Shown here one piece after another: positions 49,701 to 61,700 of a stretch of DNA of 64,000 nt. The notes under the pieces are model-generated. The model saw nothing but the letters and a program-made list of their open reading frames with translations, was not told the DNA's origin and did not search any database. Made by a program: the position numbers and the translations under genes. Each line of letters starts with the position of its first letter. Within the stretch, counting starts at the first letter, position 1. The stretch spans positions 186,001-250,000 of the forward strand of contig NMRA01000053.1 in assembly GCA_002633005.1 (NCBI GenBank), in the 5' to 3' direction. The stretch comes from Phoronis australis. Lineage: Eukaryota > Animalia > Phoronida.

Positions 49701-52700
49701 GTCATTTTATTCAGGAAGTTAAATATTCTTTATACTCAACTTGCTCAATAACTACTTTTTCAAATTTACCTGTATTTTTCTACTAGTTATTGGTTCTGTA
49801 ATGGTCTCCAATACAAATGGGTGGGAAGCAATGACTTCCACCTTCAACATCTTTGGTTTTGATTTCTCTCCCACGTCCACTTCCCCAAATCTTGGTTTGC
49901 GACCTGATTCTCGATTGAAGTGTTCAGACCAAAAGAGCTCACTTGGAAAATATTTCCTCAGTGGCGATCGCATGCCCTCCTCCGTTTCCAAATACGGAAT
50001 CGTCACCACCAGATTTGGAGACGACGACAGGATAATGTCACTCAACGCTTTTTTAAACAGGCCACAATGCTTCTGGATTTCCTCGGCAAACGCCAGATTT
50101 GTCTCAAATATCGAATCGTCCTGGTTTCTCTGGTAGCTATGCAGGGGGTCCGAGGCGTCAGTTACATACTGCTTTTTTGCATCCAAATTCTCAGTTAGAC
50201 TTTCTGCCCTGTTGAGTTCAACACCAGAAGACTTCGAATCATCTTTATCACAGTCAACAGTCTTTTTCGTATCACAGGCAATATCAACAGATGCATTCAT
50301 GTTTTCATTCACAAAGTTCGCATCATCCTTTGTAGTCATGGCCTTCGTGTTCATTTTTCCAATATGGCCGCCATCACAGGCATCTGCTTCCTCTTCCTCT
50401 GACTCAGTGTGGATACTCTCCAGTTGGCTCATTAGCCTCTCTTCCACATAATGGTCCAGGGCTTCAAGAACGGTCTCCGAGTTTGAGACACGTCGGAGCC
50501 GTCCACATGGTGTCATACCACCGTGCAGGATGGTCTCATTATCACGTGACACATGACGTGGTTTGGCATTACTGTCATGAGACTCGCCATCTTCAAAGGA
50601 ACCTTCTGACACGAGACCCGGAATGGACAATATGGGAGCCAATGGTGGTTGTGCAAACTCATCCATCAGTAACGACATCTCTAGCAAGGAATGGTAACCA
50701 ACATAGATCATGAAGCGAAGTATGGACTTGATCTGAAACACAGTCGCACATGCTCGCAGGTCAATGTAAATCTCTCCAACTGTAACTAGGGCAAAAGCTC
50801 ACCAACTTAGGATGCAATATGGTAGACAACTGAATTTTTCATTTTCTCATCATTTTTTTGTAAATTATAAAGTACCACCAAATTAGTGCTGCACTATGCT
50901 CCAGTTCTGTACCATAGCTGCTGCAAAACAATATTTTAAACAATTGTAGTCATTAACCACTGAAAAAATGTCAATTTTGTTCAAAATAGGTGAGGTTCTA
51001 CCATACAATTTGCAAGATGTGTGTAGCCAAAAAAAGCTATCAACAAGTAACTCTACCAAGTGTTCAGTTACGGAACTATCCCATCCCCATTCAACTGACA
51101 GGAACGCTTTTAACTTAACACACAATGAATCGAGTCAATCTTCAACAATTATTTGTCGATGTTTTTCACACACAAATTAAAACCAATTTATAACAGTACG
51201 TGATGGTGCAATTCAAAAGTGAGCAAATTTCAAATCAAAAAGTACCACTAACGGATTCATTAGAGCATTAATACAAGAGTACCAAATTAGAGATTACCTT
51301 TTTCAGTTCAGCTAAAGATCCACCCTCAAGAATAACGGAACAACCCAAGTGCTGAGGACACCCCTCGAGGAACACCAGTGGTTTGCTTTTATCTATAAAT
51401 GAATAAATTAACCATAGACAGAACTGAAACTCACGATGAAACCAAATAATTGTGCTTTGTTTCTGTACAATATTGAAATACAGTCAATATTGTTAAGATG
51501 ATGCATGGTTCATAAATCAGAACACCATTCATCGACACTGGAAAACAACAGAAATTCAGTTATATTCAGAAGCACTTAAAGCAAAATTTCTCACAGGACA
51601 CAAAACAAGTGCAAATACCGTTGAATTGGTAGTTCTGAATGCGGAAGCTGCCGCAGACTCCAAGCCTTCCACCTCCCACTAGACTGTCAATAGAGGGCAC
51701 TATGTCAGCCTGAGCCAGGCGAGAGATTCGCTCGATCACGCTCTGTGGAAATATCATCAGTGACAGTGCTTTTAATGGACAGAATTACAAACATCATTAC
51801 TCTGACATATGCAGTGGAAAAATGTGACCTCACAATCACGCTTCGTCAAAAATATTACATTTCTATAACCTTGTGAAGAGCTCATGCAGATATGAAACCT
51901 TTAACGGAAATGGTACATTAAAAGCAGATGCAATTTTTGTCACAGACTGTGCCTTCTGTTTTTAACCATATATTATGGATAACAGATTCGCAACTCTGAT
52001 TTTCTCAAATGAAATTTCCAGAGGAGGCAACACTTTCTTCCAAATGCATGTCAGCTCCTGTTCAATGAGCAGACGATGTACAAGCCAGGAGTAAAATGTG
52101 CCATCACAACGGGCGCCACAAGTAAATAGTGACGCCGCTACAAGTAGTTGCGCTTGTGGGTAAGATCATGGATTTTGTGCAGTGAGAATATAGAGTTGCT
52201 CAATCTTTTTGATGTACTATGAAAATTGAGATATTTGCAAATTTGCAAATTTAAAAACAACTACAAACTAATAGTAGCTCATTTCACCAGAACATACAGT
52301 TTTAACATTCAACATGAGAGTGATCGCGTAGTCCAGAACAAAAGAACATACGGGTTTAACATTCAACATGAGAGTGATCCCGGAGTCCAAAACAAAAGCC
52401 TGCGCCAGGTTCGACACCGTCTTCTCCACAATCAACAGATTTGGTTGAAGTTTCGCAATCTTAGCAACGCTCTTCTTCAAGAACTCATGCTCCTGTAAAG
52501 TTACAACTGAATGTACAACAACCGTTGTATCACAAATTTTTTTATATCTGTACAAGGTGTGGAAAGAACTCCATGGCCATGCCTCTAAATTCCAGCCACG
52601 ATCCTCTAAACTCCAGCTCCAGACCAACAAATACCAAACCCGCACTCCTTACTCTACACACGAGCTGAAAAGTTCGATGCACCCAGTCCCATTTGTCACA

Positions 52701-55700
52701 TTTCTTATCCACACTTAAGTCCAAGTACTTATGCCGCATGTTTGATGTCTGCTGATCCGAGACTAAGGTTTAGAGGATAATACCCAGAATTTAGAGGCAC
52801 AGCCATGGAATTGATTTTCAACCCTCGAGTAGTAGAGCACCACTTTTATATCCAGCAATACACGGTTGTCCATAGACCGATAGTAGTCTGATATAACATG
52901 CCTGCATTTTGAGAACTAGTTTTCTCCACTGAATAATGGGCATCAACTGGTTCTCAAAATGCGGACACGTTATATCAGACTATTGCCCATAGACCAGCTT
53001 ACTGCAATGAATCTCATGCGACTAGGCATGTCTGGCAGCAGAAAAGCTGCTTGAATAGAGTCAGGACGTGTTGCATTTGAGCTGTTGCCTGGAAAATAAA
53101 ACTGCCGGAATGGACACTGTGAGACCTGTGTCTTACAAGGGCCAAGGTTGGACATTTTGACTCATTATTTACCGTGCTACATTTGCCACCACTCCAGACG
53201 TTAGACGTCCAAGAGTGGGTACTTTCATATAAGCCCGATAACCTTTCTATTCCCCTTTATGGAAAATGCCAATAACTATCACGGTAAAGTTAATTTTCTG
53301 ACCAGTTAATTAGTTTTAATAAGCCTATTTTGTGAATTTCTTTTTTAAGCTGCACCTAGGGGAGAAGATTTATTTGAACATATTCTTACATCAGAAATAA
53401 ATTACCCTGACTCCTTACCTGTAACACCTGTGGTTCTAATGAGGTCAACTTATTCTCCTTCCTCTGATACTCAATACTAGAGCCCAAAAGTAGGATCTTG
53501 GGTGCCTGCATGTTACGCGACATCTTCTTATGAGCCACGTTCTTCGAGAACACGACACCATTGACAAATGTGCAGTTAGACTTGTTCCCGCCCGGAATCT
53601 ACAAAAATAGCACTCCATAACTGGAAGTGGTTTAAACCCAAATTTCCACATTTCTAGCCTCGCTAAATAGTCATGTTATTAACCCACAATGCATCGGGTA
53701 CACTGAGGTTTTATTAAGAAAGTTTTTCATCGGATTGGTTTGGTTGTCATTTCACCCTTTAGGCTCTTTCCTACAAATGCTGACTCATCAATATCTATGA
53801 GAGTATTGGTCAGTGAGAACACTGAAATCCCTTTAGACCAAAGTTAAACTCACATCGCAACTTGCAGTCATAAGGCAGACTTAATCGCATAGCGCCGACA
53901 CGGCGATAACCTCGATGTCATAAAAATTATCAGCCGAAGTCAATGTCAACAACATCGAATGATGTTTTGAAATTTTGTAAAAAATTTGTTTAAATATTCC
54001 TTTTTACTAACTATTAACATTCCGTTTCAGTTATGCGTGCTGGATATACTGTTAGAAAATTCAATACACGATTGCAATGAATAAAACATGTCCAACACCC
54101 AGATGCAATGCTTTCTAGTGCTTTCTGGGCTTAAGGTTATCTCAAACCTTATTCACAAAAATTGGCCATTTTTACAATATTTCAAGTTTCTAACAAAATA
54201 CCTTACTTGATTTTCGGGGAACTTCAAATACAAAACACATACCGTGTAGCGAAAAAAAAGATTTAGCAGAACCATCTTGGAACCGCCCAACCGCGTGGAT
54301 ATTTGTTTACAACTTATCCAAGGTCAAAGGTTACAGGGCTGTAGCGCTGTCTGGGCTTAACTCCAATTATTGTACGTTAAATTTTTCGTAAATATTTTTA
54401 TTAACGAAATAATAATCCCAACACAACACAAACCTTTTTGATATGAACGTATTGCCTGATGTCCATGTCATCCAGATCAGTCTTGACGTAGGGTCGCACC
54501 GTCTCGCTGACCTTCTTTGTTAATTTCATTATTACGTCTGCCCACGACAGCGATAGTCCGTCTCGGCTGAGCAGCTGCTTTATAAGAGCCATGGTATGGT
54601 CTTGGAAAGCTTTCCTGAAGGTGATAAGAAAATGAAACAAAGAAAGTTAAGACATTTTATTGGAATCTGACAAAAAAAACATTTTAATTCAATCCTAAAA
54701 ACAAAATAATTTTGGATCAAAATTAGTGCACCCTGACAATCTCAGAAGAGTTAGGGTTGGGCGAGCGGAGTCTGAAATTCCTAATTTCGAATACTATTTT
54801 TCTAAAACCAATGTCTCAATTAAAAATACATCAAATTTCAATATCGCAGATGAAACAAACTGTTCCAAATTTAAACTTTTTGCTAAATATCTCACAGCCG
54901 CTACGTCTGGTCCATGATGTCGTCCAATGAAACAACAAGTATTTGCATTCAAAGTACAAGCCAAAACTATTCCGACAAAATGATTTGCAAATTCCCTGTC
55001 ATGACCACTGGGCAGAAGCCGAATTCATCGCCAGAGAAGTCTTCTCCCGAGAATGAAGGGAAATTAACAGGAAAGTTAGCAAGGTGGTTAAGTCATTCTG
55101 TAATTAGAATTTTGCTGGCCTAATAGTTATTACGAGTAATTTTTGCACTTAACAGAATTAGGCGTCATGACAGAAAAATAGCATTTTGTCTGGTTACTTT
55201 TGTTTTGCGCGTGACTATAGATTGCTTTACCAAATAACCCATCATTTCCGAGGACTAAACGTGGACTTACACGAGAATCTCGTAGGCCTGTTTTTCTCCA
55301 TTATTCTCGCCAAGTTGGTTCAGATGCACGTAGCGCCACGTATCTGGCATGTCACCCTCAACAGATGAACCACGAAGGAAAATGGGCATTTCTAAAGAGA
55401 AGGAAGAACTATGACATTTAAACTATATATACTGTTAACATTAGAACAATCAAACAGAAGTCATTAATCACCGTGTTCACCACTATAAAATTTATACAGT
55501 AGGGTAACAAATAACCAATACAACTTAATTCGTATAGCATACTACCTTGAAATCACAAATATCCAAAGATGAAATTCTTTTCATGAAAATGAGAATACCG
55601 TACTATCCAGGTATGCTTTGGAAACAAATAATTAAAACACTCAATCATTAAAAAAATCAAAATGTAAACTGATTATATTTTCAAAATCATCTAACTGCTT

Positions 55701-58700
55701 TTACAGAAAATATTCCCCTTTTCCAACAAGTTTCAATAGAGATTCTGTCTGAACCACCTCTAAACACTAACGTGGTCCCACAGACTTGGTTTCTGAATGT
55801 CTTACTAAACGTGTACGTGCATTTTCAGAAGAGGAAACGATGTTTTAAATCAACCTATTCAAGGTTTTGGAAGTGTGAACTTTTGAGATAGAGCTCTGCT
55901 CATCACCAAATTTGAATTGCCATTTCAAAGATCTGCAGTTCAAGTGAACATGAAAAGAAATCAATTTTTAGAAATAAGCATCATGATGGCTCCAGCGAGA
56001 AGCAAATTGCTGCAGTTATCATGCAAAAAAGTGCGGGAAGGCTCATCTGTAATCAGCCCACCGTCTCATACGGTCTTTGACACATTCACATCACATTCAT
56101 TCCCTCTACAAGACCCAACATAAGGAGGTTATTCACAAGAATTCATGCAACGCTCATAAATCTTCAGCTAGCAAAGACAGAATTTAAATCCAGGGCTCAC
56201 ACAAGTCGACAGCCAAAACCACTGCGTTATACCCTTCTCCCAACCATGGAAAGTCATGCAACAGATAACACAATTATAGAAATATTAAGTGAATTTTCAA
56301 ACACAGCCATACAGCCGGGGATCTCTGCACACTCAGAACATTACATGATTGTCATTAGTTTTGAAAACAACAGGATTTGAACCACAGGTCTTGAACAAGT
56401 TTGGGGCTCTAGACTAATTTCAAAAAATGAAAAAAAATATTTTGAGTTAAGATTTTGTCAACAAAACACATATCAAACAAATAGACAAAACAGAATTATA
56501 AAGCTCCCAAAATTATCACACTGCCGTATTTGCCTGGGTTAACGCCCTTGTTCAGGTCAATATTCATTCTCCAAATTTTTAAAATCATCCCTTTTTACCA
56601 CCCATGCTCAGTTATACATCAACCACCAATTTATACATTTTTGACATTCACTCATAAACTACAGAAATTTGAGCTACAAAGAACCACATAGTTCCCTCAC
56701 AGCCTTCATTATCTGTACATTTAGCTCGTACATGTATAGTTAGTAGCTCACCTACATGACACAGTCTGCATTAAGTTAAAGTGGTCATTCACTGACAGGT
56801 AAATGTTAAAAGCCAGACCACATTAAGAATTTCTTTTTATAAGCCCAACACGGCTCAACACCTACCCTTTTTTAGTTCTCACTTTAAATGCCTTGGGCGC
56901 TAACCTGGACAAATACAGTTCCACAGAAGCAGGCTATGGCGGGTACAATCAAAATAGCACTGTTAAAAACACCCACATTAAATTACCGCTTGTATCATTA
57001 ACTAAAGGCAACTCCTCTGAAAATAAGATTTATTTATTCAATTTATTGATTGGTTTTATAACAATTTGATGAACACTGGAAGAGCATGGAACTTAGTGTA
57101 AACGGGATCAACTGTCATAGACACTATGTGGCAAGTTTAGAAATTGACAATGCACCCAGATGCTAGGTAACTGTTTCCAAGGAAAAAGAAAATAACTAAG
57201 GAACAAAATACAATACAATACAAACACAGACATGCCCCTTAAAAATGGACGGCAATTTAGTGGTAAAAAACGTTAATTTACACTTCTTTAGAACTTGGCA
57301 AATGATCATTTATATTTTGCTTAATGCCAGTAACTGTCTCCACGGTAACAAATAGCATCACGACATGCAGAAGAAAACGGAACACCAACCTTTCATGAAC
57401 ACATCTGCAGACTGCGGCGCTGACATATTTTCGACTAAAACAAGTATTAGAAGAAAGCAGAAACGTTAATGAAAGCAAACACATACACTTCTCAGACTTT
57501 GGTTAAGGCTCAGTCCACAGATGAATGGAAACCATTTTCATTTTCATTCGCAAGACAAAAAGTGGTTTCCAACAACAGCAATTTCCATACACAGGTGCAT
57601 CCAAATACAAGCCTACTTTCAGAGCCGCAATTAGAAATTGCTGCAACAAACTCTAGGGTTTCCCAAAATAAACAATGTCAGCTATTATCAAACAAAAAAA
57701 GACTTAATGAGAAACAGCACATTTTTGGCTTGTATACAAAAAATAAATAACCCTGCAGTTGGTACCACAAATCCTCTTACTACACATACTGGACTTCATT
57801 CCATATTGATGTATCTAGCAATTTTCCATTAATACCCCCCTTCNACACTCGGGCTTATATGAGGAGCACTAGAAACGTAAAAATGGGTTGTTTTACGAAT
57901 ATAGTGTCTGAGACTTTCTACTGGAAATTCTGGTAGGATGGGCCATGAGCCAATCACAGGCAGAGAAGGAACAGGAAATGTCTGAGAAAAACACAGATTC
58001 AAAAGTAGAAAAAACTGCTACAGAAACTACAACAGGAACAGTAAACAAAGCAGCATTATTAAGCTACAATTTTCAATGAGTTTTCCAGAATACAATTTTC
58101 ATTGACCAAAAGTTATTTTCATTCACAAAATAGCTGTTTTGCTAGTTTTGCTAGTAATTGTAATTCCTAAACAAATTGCAAAATGAGGAATTGGATCCAC
58201 GTTATGAAATTTTTCAGGAGTTTTGCCTATTTTATTTTCCATGAGTTTTCTATGGTTGAAAACTATTTTTGTAATTTTCTGTGATGAATCAGAACCACAC
58301 TATTGACATACCAAGAGCTAAATAAAGTCTTAGAATTTTTATGTTAAAATGAAAAAATGTCCACTTTCACTTTGAAGGAAAAGAAGCAAATGTGCATAAA
58401 AGGTCGTCTTGTTCCCAATAAGGCATTATAAAAGTTGTTTAATCTGAAGCTCGCAAACAAATCCGAACACCAATGCATTTAGAAAATGACACAAACATAG
58501 ACTGTTCACACAACTAAAGACAGAAAATGCAACGGGAATTTTTTACCTTTTTGGGAAATATCTAATTTAGGAATGTTGACCTCACTGGTTCCCAAAACAC
58601 TCTCCTTTTCCACAAATCTCGAGTTGGTGTAAAACGTGGACTTGCCCTGGCGTCGTTTGTAAATGATCTGTGTTGAGTCACCACTATCAACTGCGTCAAC

Positions 58701-61700
58701 AGTTTCGTCTGCGACATCACTAATCTCTTCAGCTGGAACAGCCATAGGCTGCAGTTTGCTTTGCTCAGACCATGACACTGGAAAACACATGAAATTACAG
58801 AAGTGATTACCAGTAGCACAGATGACTAAATTATATAGTAACAACAACAACAACAACAACAGTATAACAACAACAACAACAACAACAACAGTATAACAAC
58901 AGCAATAAAATCTGACTCAGCAAAGCATATTCCTAAAACGGCGAAATATTCATTGGCAAAATTTGGGTTTGAACAGCCCCTCTTCAACGCTACACGAGGA
59001 AAGACAGTACAATGCTGTTGAAGAAACACAATCAAGGACAGAGCCCACTGGCACGGCCAATCACATTACTGAAAGAACACATGAGGACAACCATGATGAA
59101 AGATATTGATCAACTTTGACTGGCTTTTACTGTTATCTTGCCTCACTGACTGGTCTTTTGTAGTCTTTCTACTGGCAGTATTTAAACTCAGTTCTACTCA
59201 CGGCACATTGTACTTTGTCAAGAGATTGATACAAGAACAACTGGCACCATCAATTTTCCTTATCAGGAACAGTGATCTTAGTTCCATTTGTAAGGAACGG
59301 GGCAATTACCACATTAGCAATGACTTTACAGTAATAAAACACTGGATGAAGTAAACTGCAATGTCATCCACTGAAACTAGTGCTTTTTTCAACTGTTCGG
59401 CCTCAGAAATTGATTTCCCCAAGAAAAATTATGTTAAAGTGATTTTTCACCAAAGAAATGTGACATATAGCTTCCAAAAGCAGTGTAATTGGATCTAGTT
59501 TCTTGACTAGTAGGTTCACTTTAATGTATTCATTATGGTAAACCAATGGCCTATGACTTGTGATACAGGACAAAAGACTGTGCGAATGTTGAATACTGGA
59601 CCAGATTGAAATCCGCGTTTGCAATCTGTTAATATCCTCACTGTTGTCTTCGTCATCTCGCCGTCGTATCGTACGGACCCATTGAGGCTCATGATCGTCT
59701 TCCAGCTCAGACGACTCCAACACTGTACACTCCATCGGACTATTACTGTTAGCCGTCTGCATGGAAAAAACAGACAATCAGTCGCAACACTACAACAACC
59801 CATATGGGTGTTCAGCAATTGACTTTGTTGATTCATGATAAGAACTGCAGTGTTTCTAGGTTCTCTTCATCACTACGACGAATATTGTGCAGATAATGAA
59901 TTGCGTGCCTATAAAAAAGCGTGACTGTCTTTCTGAACTTACAAGAGGGCTCTGAAAAAGCTAGAAACTGCAGACTCCAGTGAAGTGTTCAATACCACTA
60001 GCATTAAAGAAAATGTGCTGTCAACATATACAAACATTAGAAGCTTACAAAAATACCTGCATTTGATCTGAGTAATAATTGAACAACATTTAGTTTATGA
60101 AAGTCGCTCATCAACTTTCAGTTGAGTCTTATGACATTTGAAATGATATGTTCATTGACTGATCAGTGGGTTAGTTAGTCAACTCACTTCCCCAGCCTTG
60201 TAGAGAACATATTCATCCTTGAATATTTGTTCATTGAGTGAACAACACTCAAGCCACTTTGCATCCAACAGAGCTTGTCCAATTGCAACAGCTTGCTCCC
60301 TGTTAGAACAAATCGTGCTTAATAGTATGCTATTTAGATTGTCTAGCCTATCTATATCACAAAATTAGACAGAGTATACTTGGCACATCAAAAATAACAT
60401 TATTTCCATTTCCTTCTGAGTTCTTCAACATAGACGTTCATCACCAAAAACGTAAGTGCCCACTGGTGTTGATGAAATTAAGATTTAAGAGGGTACATAT
60501 ATGATGCACCAGGGAGAGTTTGCCTGGTTACCAATCAGATTACAAATGAATATTCAGTGTAATGTGATTCTGCAATGCACTTTAAGAAATCCAAATTAAA
60601 TCACAACTCATCATAACTACAACAATATATAAGTAGTTGAGGCTGTCGGTACAAAATAAAACCAAACGTTCAGATACAAAAACCTTATCTTTACTGACGA
60701 CAAGAGTTAATGGAATTTTATAACAAGATACAGGCCTCAAACCTTTCCCTTAACTAAAGGTACATTTCGTAGCAAAACCAGCAAGTTTCATTTACGCCAC
60801 CTGGACGAAGCTTTGTCCTTCCTAATTAACCAAGTGACCAGGTTGCGTCCAGTGATACAGTTAGGGTACGTCCTCAGACGATAGCGGTGACTAAGGAACT
60901 CCAGTCCCTGCTCTGGATGGTTGATCAATAACCAAAGCTCCCTTAACTGGGCAGATCCCTGCAGAACGATACAATGGAAATAAGACAATTCTTCAAAGTT
61001 TGCTGTACACGTCTGTCATATACAATACCATACTAAAACACCTCCAAGTGGTGTATGACTCAATCTACAGCACATGCCAAAAGTATTCAGATAAAATTAC
61101 CCAGAATTCTCTGCCATGACGGCTTGCCGGGCAGAAGCTGAATGCATAGTCAGAGTTGCCTTCCCTTGTTACAGAGAATGAAGGGGAGTTAACAGGAAGA
61201 TGGTGAAGCAATTCTGTAATTAAAATTTTGTCCCACATAATAGCTATTACCAGCAATTTTTTGCTTTTAACATAAATAACCGTCGTGACAGGGCAACGGT
61301 ATTTTGTCTGATTACTTTCGTCTCTTACTGTTCTTTCACCGTACGTGATCTTAAAAGCATCATATATTTTCATTACGTCTTCACATACTTACCTCTATCA
61401 AATACCGACGCTCTTGGTAAAAAGAGTCTCCAATGTTAGAAAAGTCCTGTTGTGGGGTTTTATCAAACAATCCTGAGTTGCGCGGGTCAGTAACGAGCGA
61501 TATGGAGCGAGAACTCGAACTGGAATAATAATAATAATGAAAACAAGGTGTAGATTGATAACAAGGACAAGATGACTATTTCTGCTGCCAGCAGTTTGTG
61601 AAGAATGTTAGCACTTATGGTTGAAATTCAGTTGCAGACAATCACGTTTTTACGTGAGCTGCTTGACAGATAAATACGTGAAGAGTGTTTGAAAGGTGCA

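Noticed and set aside
55850-57870. Possible extra PIKfyve exons near 55850-56170 and 57740-57870
   Set aside because: Candidate acceptors give stops or the wrong phase for the flanking phase-1 junction.
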